Assembly: GCA_019313185.1 (NCBI GenBank)
Contig: JAFDBS010000140.1
Location: 377-64,376, forward strand
Reading direction: 5' to 3'
DNA from: Deltaproteobacteria bacterium
Lineage (GTDB): Bacteria > Desulfobacterota > Desulfuromonadia > Desulfuromonadales > BM103
DNA length: 64,000 nucleotides
A program made the position numbers and the translations under genes. The notes under the pieces are model-generated. The model ran no database searches. It was not told the origin of the DNA and saw only the letters and a list, made by a program, of their open reading frames with translations. Of the stretch, positions 56,355 through 64,000 are shown one piece after another (the stretch's first letter is position 1; every line of letters starts with the position of its first letter).

Positions 56355-58109
56355 ATGTCCAAAAAGACCAGTATAGAAGAAGTGCAGCAACTGATTGACC
56401 TTGGCAAAGAGAAGGGTTATTTGACCTATGATGATGTCAACGATGTGTTGCCATCCGGCATGGTTTCTTCCGAGCAGCTCGATGATGTCATGAGCATGTT
56501 TGGCGAGATGGATATCGAAGTTGTCGATTCCGACCAAAATGTTGGCTCAATCAAAGGCAAAGATACCGTGCAAGGCAGTGATGACGACAGTGAGGATGAG
56601 CCCGAGTTTGATACCGATGTGATGGGCCGGACCAGCGATCCGGTTCGGATGTATTTGCGGGAAATGGGACAAGTCTCTTTGCTGACCCGAGAAGGCGAAG
56701 TCGAGATTGCCAAGCGAATCGAGGAAGGCGAAGCTCTGGTCGCCCGTGTAATTGTCAAAACCCCAATCGCATTCAAGGAAGTCGTCACGCTCGGCGAGCG
56801 GCTGCTCAAGGGCCAGATCAGTGTGGCCGAAATTACCAAGGATTACGACGAAGAGGAAGGGGCGGAGGCGGAAGAGCGCCATCGTGAACGTATAATCGGG
56901 CTGATTGGGCAGATTCAGGAGCGCTATGACCGGTTTATGGCCTTGCGGGAAGAGGTGAACGGTCTGAGCAAGGCGAAACGTAAGCCTCTTGACAAACAAA
57001 TTGCGTCGCTCAACACCGAGATCGGCGAACTGATGAGTCAGGTCAGGCTCAAAGATTTTCAAATCGCCAAAATTCTAGATCGGCTCAAAGAACTTGCCGA
57101 GCAAGTCAAAAAGGCCAAAGCCGAGGTTGCCGCCTGCGAGGCGCTTGTCGGACGCCCTTACCCGGAAATCAGCAAACAATTGCGCAAGTTGCGCAAGAGC
57201 GAGGACGAAGCCCGTAAAATATCCGAAGAACTCAACTGTCCGATGGACACGCTGTTGGTCGTTGAAAAACGGCTGAAAGGCACCGAGCGAAAATTCGTCA
57301 AAGTCGAGGAAGAATCAGGGTTTGCCCCTGAAGAACTTCTTGAGTCACTCAAGGAAGTCAACAAGGGGGAATGGAAAGCAAAACAAGCCAAAACGGAATT
57401 GGTTGAGGCCAACTTGCGGTTGGTGGTGTCCATCGCCAAAAAATACACGAATCGCGGCCTGCAATTTCTTGATTTGATTCAAGAAGGCAACATCGGGCTC
57501 ATGAAGGCGGTCGACAAGTTTGAATATCAGCGCGGTTATAAGTTCTCGACTTATGCGACGTGGTGGATTCGGCAGGCGATCACCCGGGCGATTGCAGACC
57601 AAGCACGCACCATCCGGATTCCGGTCCATATGATCGAAACCATCAACAAGCTGATTCGCACCAGCCGGCAGCTGGTGCAGGAAATCGGCCGCGAACCGGT
57701 TCCGGAGGAAATCGCCGAACGCATGGAACTGCCCCTGGAGAAGGTGCGCCGTGTTTTAAAAATCGCCAAAGAGCCGATAAGCCTGGAAACACCAATTGGT
57801 GAAGAGGAAGATTCCTCCCTGGGTGATTTTATCGAAGATAAAGGTGTCGTGTCACCTCTCGAAGCGGTGATCAAAGGCAACCTTACTGACCAGACCTCTC
57901 GCGTTCTTTCAACCTTGACGCCGAGAGAAGAGAAAGTCTTGCGCATGCGGTTTGGGATCGGCGAGAAATCTGACCACACCTTAGAAGAGGTCGGCCAGGA
58001 TTTTGCCGTAACGCGCGAGCGCATCCGTCAAATTGAGGCCAAAGCGCTCCGCAAATTGCGGCATCCGAGCCGGGCAAAACGACTCAAGAGCTTTATTGAA
58101 ACAACTTAG
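56355..58109 (+). CDS. rpoD: RNA polymerase sigma factor RpoD
   Basis: Region 1.1, an acidic stretch, region 2.4 [29 protein letters not shown], and region 4.2 [30 protein letters not shown]. Confidence 0.97.
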   Translation: MSKKTSIEEVQQLIDLGKEKGYLTYDDVNDVLPSGMVSSEQLDDVMSMFGEMDIEVVDSDQNVGSIKGKDTVQGSDDDSEDEPEFDTDVMGRTSDPVRMYLREMGQVSLLTREGEVEIAKRIEEGEALVARVIVKTPIAFKEVVTLGERLLKGQISVAEITKDYDEEEGAEAEERHRERIIGLIGQIQERYDRFMALREEVNGLSKAKRKPLDKQIASLNTEIGELMSQVRLKDFQIAKILDRLKELAEQVKKAKAEVAACEALVGRPYPEISKQLRKLRKSEDEARKISEELNCPMDTLLVVEKRLKGTERKFVKVEEESGFAPEELLESLKEVNKGEWKAKQAKTELVEANLRLVVSIAKKYTNRGLQFLDLIQEGNIGLMKAVDKFEYQRGYKFSTYATWWIRQAITRAIADQARTIRIPVHMIETINKLIRTSRQLVQEIGREPVPEEIAERMELPLEKVRRVLKIAKEPISLETPIGEEEDSSLGDFIEDKGVVSPLEAVIKGNLTDQTSRVLSTLTPREEKVLRMRFGIGEKSDHTLEEVGQDFAVTRERIRQIEAKALRKLRHPSRAKRLKSFIETT

Positions 58110-58173
58110 GTGGCTCTGGAAAGTGATTGACAGAAAAGAGTACAGACCATACACTTCGTTTTCGAGTTTTTCA

Positions 58174-58249
58174 GGGCCCATAGCTCAGCTGGCAGAGCCA
58201 CCGGCTCATAACCGGTCGGTCCCAGGTTCGAATCCTGGTGGGCCCACCA
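58174..58249 (+). tRNA. tRNA with CAU anticodon, probably tRNA-Ile2 (lysidine) rather than elongator Met
   Basis: GGGCCCATAGCTCAGCTGGCAGAGCCACCGGCTCATAACCGGTCGGTCCCAGGTTCGAATCCTGGTGGGCCCACCA. C4-G69 and C5-G68 in the acceptor stem resemble E. coli tRNA-Ile2. Identity beyond the anticodon is inferred. Confidence 0.93.
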
Positions 58250-58301
58250 CTGCCCTGCTCTCCATGGGGACGTGGGCAGACTCGCTAAATACGTAAACAC
58301 C

Positions 58302-58336
58302 GAGTGCAACCTTACATAGCGTTGCACTCTTTTTTT
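58302..58336 (+). terminator. Intrinsic terminator after the tRNA
   Basis: GAGTGCAAC, a 10-nt loop, GTTGCACTC, then TTTTTTT. Confidence 0.75.
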
Positions 58337-58346
58337 CGCCTAGTCG

Positions 58347-59471
58347 ATGGCAAATCAAGTACACCGCATACAGGATCTGATCGGATTGATCCACGCTCTT
58401 TACCCTCCAATGTTGGCCGAGGAGTGGGACAACGTCGGGTTGCAGGTTGGTGATCCCAAAGCTAGACTGGACAAGGTCCTGATCGCTTTGGACCCTACCC
58501 TGGGGGCGGTTCATGCGGCGGCTGAGCTTGGTGCGCAGGCGTTGCTGACCCATCATCCCCTGCTGTTCAAGCCGCTCACAAGGCTGTCGCGCGAAGACAC
58601 GGTTGGAGACATTGTCTGGACAGCCGTCGAGAAAAATATCGCGATCATCAGCGCCCACACCAATCTCGATTCGGCTGCTGACGGCCTGAATGCCTGGCTC
58701 GCCGACACGCTCGGCATCTTGGACAGCCAACCACTGCAACCGGCTAAAGGGGACTATCTGAAACTGGTTGTCTATGTTCCGTTCGGGCATGAAGCCGCCG
58801 TGTCTGAAGCCCTGTTTTCTGGCGGTGCGGGTCACATCGGAGCTTATGACCACTGTTCGTTTCGCACGGCAGGCACTGGAACGTTTCGGCCGGGTGAGGG
58901 GACAAGTCCATTTAGCGGCGAGATCGGCCGGACCGAACAGGCCGACGAGTATCGCCTCGAGACAATCGTGCCCAGAGCCAGACTGTCGCAAGTCCTGGAC
59001 AAATTGATTCGGGCGCACCCTTACGAGGAAATCGCCTATGACGTGTTCCCGCTGCTGAACCAGGCTCCGAAAGCCGGGCTTGGGCGCATTGGCCGTCTGC
59101 AATCACCGACGTCGATGGACGCATTTGTCGATTTGGTCAAAGACGCCCTTTGTTGCAACCATCTGCGGGTGAGCGGGCATGAAAAGCAAACCATCCGCAA
59201 AGTGGCCGTCTGTGGCGGGAGCGGCGCTGCCTTGGCCGCGGTTGCCAAATTCCGCGGGGCCGATATATTGGTGACCGGTGATGTCAAATATCACGATGCC
59301 CGGAATGCAGAAGATCTGGGCATCGGCTTGATCGATGCTGGACACTTTGCCACCGAAAGACTGATGACGACTTGCATACGCGAATCGTTGACCGACGCCA
59401 GCCGCCAACGCGGCTGGGATATTGACTATCATCAGTATCTCCGAGAGGTTGACCCTTTTCGGATATATTAA
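58347..59471 (+). CDS. Nif3-like dinuclear metal centre protein (YbgI/GTP cyclohydrolase 1 type 2 family)
   Basis: ...EEWDNVGLQVGD...ALLTHHPLLFKP... with an inserted PII-like domain and the C-terminal GDVKYHD...IDAGHFATE. Confidence 0.9.
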   Translation: MANQVHRIQDLIGLIHALYPPMLAEEWDNVGLQVGDPKARLDKVLIALDPTLGAVHAAAELGAQALLTHHPLLFKPLTRLSREDTVGDIVWTAVEKNIAIISAHTNLDSAADGLNAWLADTLGILDSQPLQPAKGDYLKLVVYVPFGHEAAVSEALFSGGAGHIGAYDHCSFRTAGTGTFRPGEGTSPFSGEIGRTEQADEYRLETIVPRARLSQVLDKLIRAHPYEEIAYDVFPLLNQAPKAGLGRIGRLQSPTSMDAFVDLVKDALCCNHLRVSGHEKQTIRKVAVCGGSGAALAAVAKFRGADILVTGDVKYHDARNAEDLGIGLIDAGHFATERLMTTCIRESLTDASRQRGWDIDYHQYLREVDPFRIY

Positions 59472-59524
59472 CTTCATCATGTCAGAAACATGCTTCTGAC
59501 AGACAAAAACAAGGGAGAAAAATC

Positions 59525-60235
59525 GTGCCGGAAAAGTTACAGTTGCTGAGAGATTTACAGGACATCGATTTGAAAAAACTGGAGGTTGATCAGCAACGGC
59601 AGAAGGGCCAGAACGAAAAAGAGACCCTTCACAGTGAGGTCGCTCGCCTGCAGGACATGGTTGACAGCCTGGCCAACGACATCAGTGCTCTCGAGGCGGA
59701 GAAGAAGGAACTGAAAATGGCTTTTAGCCAGGAGCAACAGAACATTGAACGCTCGGAAAGCCGTTTGCCGCAAATCAAGACACAAAAGGAATATGTCGCA
59801 GTCCTCAAAGAAATTGATACGGCCAAGAAGTTATCCAAGGAACTGGACACCCAGATCTCTGCGAAGGATGAAGCCCTGGCCGGATTGAACAATGACAAAG
59901 CGGAAAAAGACGCTGAACTCGAGGACTTGTCCAGTCAGGCCAAAGCCCGTTGTGCCGAAATTGATGAGCGGTTGGCCGTTTTCGAGGCCCAGCTTGCCGA
60001 GATGAAGAGTCAGCGCGAGACGCTCCTGAAAGAGTTGCCAACCAGCCTTCGGAAACGTTATGATTTATTGCTGTCGCGACGAGGCGGGTTGGCTGTGGTC
60101 GAAGCGCGAAGCGGAGCGTGCCTGGGATGCAACATGCACCTGCCGCCACAGCTTTTCAATAGTTTGCTGGTGGCGGAGGATATCCAAGCGTGTCCCCACT
60201 GCAGCCGCCTCCTTTTTGTCGACGACAAGGCCTAG
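59525..60235 (+). CDS. Coiled-coil protein with C-terminal C4 zinc ribbon (COG1579-type)
   Basis: A long heptad-like region is followed by CLGCNMHLPPQ...CPHCSRLLF. It occupies the usual position downstream of the Nif3-like gene. Confidence 0.8.
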   Translation: MPEKLQLLRDLQDIDLKKLEVDQQRQKGQNEKETLHSEVARLQDMVDSLANDISALEAEKKELKMAFSQEQQNIERSESRLPQIKTQKEYVAVLKEIDTAKKLSKELDTQISAKDEALAGLNNDKAEKDAELEDLSSQAKARCAEIDERLAVFEAQLAEMKSQRETLLKELPTSLRKRYDLLLSRRGGLAVVEARSGACLGCNMHLPPQLFNSLLVAEDIQACPHCSRLLFVDDKA

Positions 60236-60252
60236 CCGATTTCTCAATCCGT

Positions 60253-60643
60253 GGTCGGAGACAACCAGGCGATCGCCGGCTTGTCAACAGGACAAGCGGG
60301 AGGAAAGTCCGGGCTCCGCAGGGCAGGATGGTCCTTAACAAGGACCGGGGGCGACCCCAGGGACAGTGCCACAGAGAGCAGACCGCCTTGAAGTGCCCAG
60401 GCATTTCGAGGTAAGGGTGAAAGGGTGAGGTAAGAGCTCACCAGTGCCGGTGGTGACATCGGCAGCTTGGTAAACCCCATCCGGAGCAAGACCGAATAGA
60501 GGAGTGTTTGAGAGCGGCCCGCTCGAGACTCCTGGGTCAGGTCGCTTGAGGCTGACGGCAACGTCGGTCCTAGAGGAATGATCGCCGCCCCGTCAGGGCA
60601 ACCAAAGCGGGGAACAGAACCCGGCTTACGGCTCTCTCCGGCC
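60253..60643 (+). ncRNA. rnpB: RNase P RNA, bacterial type A
   Basis: GGGAGGAAAGTCCGGGCTCC (P4 5' strand), ...GGTAAGGGTGAAAGGGTG..., ...ACAGAACCCGGCTTA. P1 pairs GGTCGGAGA (60253-60261) with TCTCCGGCC (60635-60643). The ends are approximate. Confidence 0.9.
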
Positions 60644-60652
60644 ACACTTGTT

Positions 60653-60695
60653 GCGGCACCTTGGCTTTTCTGTCCAGGTGCCGCTTACTTTTTTT
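60653..60695 (+). terminator. Intrinsic terminator after rnpB
   Basis: GCGGCACCTTGG...CCAGGTGCCGC (one bulge) followed by TTACTTTTTTT. Confidence 0.65.
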
Positions 60696-60709
60696 GAAAG
60701 ACAAAGACG

Positions 60710-61273
60710 ATGACTATGCCACCAGGCAATTGGCAGACATTTTTGGAACACGTGCGAACCGAGTTCGACCGGTTGCCAGTGATCGAACAACGCTGGCTGG
60801 AAGACCGTGTGCAAAAGATCGCCAGGTTTCAGGTCGCCATCGATCAATTGTTTCAGGCCGTTCAAGGCGGTAAAATTTGTAAAGTGTGTGGTGGCGCCTG
60901 TTGCGATTCCGGCCGTCACCATCTGTCGCTCGCCAACCTCCTCGGCCTGTTGTTTGCCAACGCCTCACCGCCCACTCCCGACTTTTCCCGCGGGTGTCCA
61001 TTTGTCGGCGACGATGGCTGTCTGCTTGCGATACCGCACAGACCGTACAATTGCATAACGTTTTTTTGCGATTCGCTCGACAATCGCATGACCGCTGAGC
61101 AACGGACTCTGCTCGCCAATCACGACCGGGCCTTGCGGGCTGAATACACGGCTATCGCCCAGCGCTATGAAGCCGCCGGCCTGGGCCGGTTGTGGCTGAC
61201 TCTCAACCGGTTGGGCTGGCGATCAATTTTCCGCCGAAGGCCTGATCACGTGGTAGACTTTAAAAACCATTGA
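60710..61273 (+). CDS. Cysteine-cluster protein, YkgJ/UPF0153-like
   Basis: CKVCGGACC...CPFVGDDGC...YNCITFFC resembles the CxxCxxCC zinc/iron-chelating family. The assignment is tentative. Confidence 0.55.
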   Translation: MTMPPGNWQTFLEHVRTEFDRLPVIEQRWLEDRVQKIARFQVAIDQLFQAVQGGKICKVCGGACCDSGRHHLSLANLLGLLFANASPPTPDFSRGCPFVGDDGCLLAIPHRPYNCITFFCDSLDNRMTAEQRTLLANHDRALRAEYTAIAQRYEAAGLGRLWLTLNRLGWRSIFRRRPDHVVDFKNH

Positions 61274-61318
61274 ACGCACTGGTAAGACATTTGTCACAGC
61301 AACAAGGATTGATTACCC

Positions 61319-62347
61319 ATGAAAATCAGTTTCAAACGCACCAATGGTCATCTTGACGAGCTCATCGATGAAATTTTGCAAGTCGCTGATGTCAACCATC
61401 CAGAAATTATCCGTGAGATGGTGATCAGTGCCTTGAAAACAGGCCAGGAAAATGATTATTTGGCCGACCTCAAAATGCTGCGCGCCACTATGAAGGAGAT
61501 GCGCTACACCAGCAAGCTGTTCTCTTCCTACCGGGACCGGAAGAAAGTCACCATTTTCGGCTCAGCCCGGACGACTGAGCAGGAGGAAAGTTATCAAAAA
61601 TGTGTGACCTTCTCGCGTCAACTGGTTCGGCTCGGCTACATGGTGATTACCGGCGGTGGCCCGGGGATCATGCAGGCTGGCAACGAAGGTGCCGGCCCTG
61701 AAAATTCGTTTGCTGTGAACATTCGCCTGCCGTTCGAACAAGAGACCAATCCGGTGATGGAGAACAGCACCAATACCATTACCTACAAGTATTTCTTCAA
61801 CCGTAAGGTGGCCTTTCTCAAAGAGGCGGACGCGGTTGCGCTGTTTCCGGGCGGGTTTGGGACTCTCGACGAGGCGCTGGAAACCTTGACGTTAATTCAG
61901 ACCGGAAAGAATCCGCCTATCCCTCTGGTCCTGATTGATGATGATGACGGCAGTTACTGGGAGCCGTGGTTTGCCTTCATCAAAAATGTGCTGCTCAAAA
62001 GAGGGCTGATCTCCGGAGAGGATTTCAGTTTGTTCACGATCACCCGCGACCCCTTTGAGGCCGCCCAGGTCATCAACGATTTTTATCGTGTCTACCACTC
62101 AAGCCGTTGGATAGGCCCGACTTTCGTTGTTCGCCTGAACAAGCCTCTCGTTCAGAGCCAAATTGATATCCTTGAGCAAGAATTCAGCGAAATTATCGAG
62201 CCGGGCACTCACTTAACCATGACATCGGCGCTTCCTGAAGAGCAAGATCAACCTGACCTGCTTGACCTGCCACGCCTGACGCTGCGGTTTAACCGCCGTA
62301 ATTACGGGTTGCTCAAAGCCTTTCTGCGTCGACTGAACGCTTTCTAG
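61319..62347 (+). CDS. LOG-family (TIGR00730-type) nucleotide 5'-monophosphate nucleosidase-like protein
   Basis: TIFGSAR..., GGGPGIMQAGNEGA and PGGFGTLDEALE motifs, with an extra C-terminal domain. Confidence 0.8.
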   Translation: MKISFKRTNGHLDELIDEILQVADVNHPEIIREMVISALKTGQENDYLADLKMLRATMKEMRYTSKLFSSYRDRKKVTIFGSARTTEQEESYQKCVTFSRQLVRLGYMVITGGGPGIMQAGNEGAGPENSFAVNIRLPFEQETNPVMENSTNTITYKYFFNRKVAFLKEADAVALFPGGFGTLDEALETLTLIQTGKNPPIPLVLIDDDDGSYWEPWFAFIKNVLLKRGLISGEDFSLFTITRDPFEAAQVINDFYRVYHSSRWIGPTFVVRLNKPLVQSQIDILEQEFSEIIEPGTHLTMTSALPEEQDQPDLLDLPRLTLRFNRRNYGLLKAFLRRLNAF

Positions 62348-62514
62348 GACTTGCACGCTGACGCTGTTGACGACCCGGCGCACTCAGTTCATGAACGAGA
62401 GGCCCCCGGCGGGGCCCCCATTGCAAGGGCGTGGCGGTGTTGTGTCCTGAGCGATATCTGTTAATCTCAATAGAACCAAGTCCCTGAAAACTCAGATTGA
62501 AAAGGAGGAAACGG

Positions 62515-63486
62515 ATGAAAAGGTTTGGTATCTTGAGCTTGGCGATTGTTTTGCTTTGCGGCTTGTGTCTCTCACAAGGGTTTGCAGCGCGTTATGTAAC
62601 AATCGGCACAGGTGGCGTTACCGGAGTGTATTATCCAACCGGCGGTGCGATCGCCAAAATGGTTAACAAAAAACGTAAAGAATACGACCTGAGGGCGACG
62701 GTCGAATCAACCGGCGGTTCCGTATTCAACGTGAATGCCATCATGAGTGGCGATCTTGAGTTCGGCATTGTGCAATCGGATCGACAATTCCAGGCTTATC
62801 ACGGCAAGGCCGACTGGGACGGCAAGCCACAGCTGAAGTTGCGCTCCGTGTTCTCCATTCACCCGGAATCCGTGACGATCGTCGCGGGTGCAGATACCAC
62901 GATCAAGATGGCTCGCGACCTCAAAGGGCAAAAGGTGAATATCGGCAACCCGGGCTCAGGCCAACGGGGCAACGCCATGGACCTGTTTGCCGCACTTGGC
63001 TATGACCATGAAAAGGATATGCAGGCAGAAGGGCTAAAAGCAGCCGAATCAGCCGGTTTATTGCAAGACGGGCGAATCGACGCCTTCTTCTATACCGTTG
63101 GGCATCCGAACGGTTCCGTCAAAGAAGCCGTTGCCGGGGCGAGAACAGTCCGCTTTGTTGAGGTTGACCAGCCAGTGATCGGAAAACTGATCAAAAAATT
63201 TCCTTATTACGCCCCTGCTTTCATACCCGTCGCCATGTATCCCGGGGCGGAGAACACTGCTGACGTTCAGACTTTCGGCGTCAAAGCCACTCTGTGTACC
63301 TCCGCCGATGTCCCCGACGACATTGTTTACGCAGTCACCAAGGAAGTTTTTGAAAATTTTGAAGAGTTTAAGGGGTTGCACCCGGCTTACGAGGTGCTGA
63401 CCAAAGACAGCATGCTGCAAGGTCTCAGTGCGCCGCTTCATCCTGGCGCAGTCAAGTACTTTGAAGAAGTCGGGTTGATGAAATAG
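62515..63486 (+). CDS. TAXI-family TRAP transporter solute-binding protein
   Basis: A signal peptide is followed by YVTIGTGGVTGVYYPTGGAI..., the hallmark of the TAXI receptor family. ATG 62515 lies behind AAAGGAGGA. Confidence 0.88.
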   Translation: MKRFGILSLAIVLLCGLCLSQGFAARYVTIGTGGVTGVYYPTGGAIAKMVNKKRKEYDLRATVESTGGSVFNVNAIMSGDLEFGIVQSDRQFQAYHGKADWDGKPQLKLRSVFSIHPESVTIVAGADTTIKMARDLKGQKVNIGNPGSGQRGNAMDLFAALGYDHEKDMQAEGLKAAESAGLLQDGRIDAFFYTVGHPNGSVKEAVAGARTVRFVEVDQPVIGKLIKKFPYYAPAFIPVAMYPGAENTADVQTFGVKATLCTSADVPDDIVYAVTKEVFENFEEFKGLHPAYEVLTKDSMLQGLSAPLHPGAVKYFEEVGLMK

Positions 63487-63546
63487 CCGGCTGGCTCTCT
63501 GTATCGACGGGGACAGATGCCGATACACACCGGTCCGGCTTGTTAA

Positions 63547-64000
63547 ATGAAACCCATGACTGAGCATCAGCAGAAGAAACCCAGCGACACGGATGAGCGT
63601 GTTGGCATAAAAACTGCCGAGCGTTTGCGGGAAGAAGAAGAGCTCGGGCTTCGTCGCGCAGCAGGCTGGTCAAGGCACATTGTGCCTTGCGTCGCCTTGT
63701 GTTGGTCGCTCTTTCAGCTCTCGATTGCCAGCTGGCTGACAATCGATTCCACGTATACCCGGGCTGTGCATTTAGCGTTCGCGTTTGTCATCGTGTTTCT
63801 TTCTTACCCGTCGTTTCGTCATCATGTGCGCATCCCTGGGTTGCGCTGGTTGAGCGCGACACATCGCATTCCGTGGCAAGATGTCGCGATTGCCCTGGTG
63901 GCCACTCTCGCAGCGCTCTATATCGTGATCGATTATGAAGGCCTGGCCTCCCGGGTTGGGCGCAGTCTCCCGCGGGATCTTCTGTTTGGCTTGATGCTTG
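63547..64000 (+). CDS. TRAP transporter fused permease, N-terminal part (continues past window end)
   Basis: Not in the ORF track because no stop is reached. The frame is open from ATG 63547/63556 to the window edge. ...CWSLFQLSIASWLTIDSTYTRAVHLAFAFVIVFLSYP matches the conserved N-terminus of TAXI-associated permeases. Confidence 0.8.
   Translation, partial: MKPMTEHQQKKPSDTDERVGIKTAERLREEEELGLRRAAGWSRHIVPCVALCWSLFQLSIASWLTIDSTYTRAVHLAFAFVIVFLSYPSFRHHVRIPGLRWLSATHRIPWQDVAIALVATLAALYIVIDYEGLASRVGRSLPRDLLFGLML

Overview
Gene-dense 64-kb chromosomal segment. I saw no transposase, integrase, prophage or CRISPR array. The gene content suggests an anaerobic, metal-respiring Desulfuromonadota/deltaproteobacterium-like organism: a decaheme cytochrome plus porin pair, thyX, selU, an encapsulin, a B12-radical SAM enzyme and SAM-I riboswitches. 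That assignment is inference only.

Left to right:
- Tail of an encapsulin cargo gene plus a family 1 encapsulin shell gene.
- An EEP-family hydrolase, ftsH and an OmpA-type lipoprotein.
- Two unannotated tandem 48-aa membrane-protein genes behind a very AT-rich promoter region.
- A four-gene beta-oxidation operon.
- An orphan ANTAR response regulator and cfa.
- A sirtuin, 2H-phosphoesterase and macro-domain neighbourhood.
- A class V PLP enzyme converging on a minus-strand operon: B12-binding radical SAM enzyme, 56-aa peptide MLKTRKVEKKVSSLA-(SCHAP)x7-SCHGPA, Trm112-fused SAM methyltransferase, M19 dipeptidase.
- A CBS protein, initiator tRNA-fMet and selU.
- A Met/Cys biosynthesis block (metX, two transsulfuration-family PLP enzymes, cysK) controlled by two SAM-I riboswitches.
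- An MtrB/MtrA-like porin plus decaheme lipoprotein pair, an Rrf2 regulator and gluQ.
- rho-rpmE-thyX-prfA-prmC-murA, then hisG-D-B-H-A-F-E.
- yqeY-like gene, cvpA, mutS2, dnaG-rpoD and a CAU-anticodon tRNA.
- NIF3-like gene, zinc-ribbon gene, rnpB, a Cys-cluster protein and a LOG-family protein.
- A TAXI-TRAP transporter that runs off the right edge.

The most interesting signal is the radical SAM and Cys-His-repeat peptide operon (21875-26113). It has the layout of a RiPP pathway, but I do not recognise its core motif or enzyme combination from any characterised class.

Secondary points:
- prmC (TGA) and hisB (TAA) each carry a single in-frame stop, in both cases by an apparent G-to-T change at a conserved codon.
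- The paired small membrane proteins are hidden from the ORF track.
- There is an orphan promoter-plus-terminator unit next to the Rrf2 gene.
- The MtrA-like cytochrome has a lipoprotein signal.
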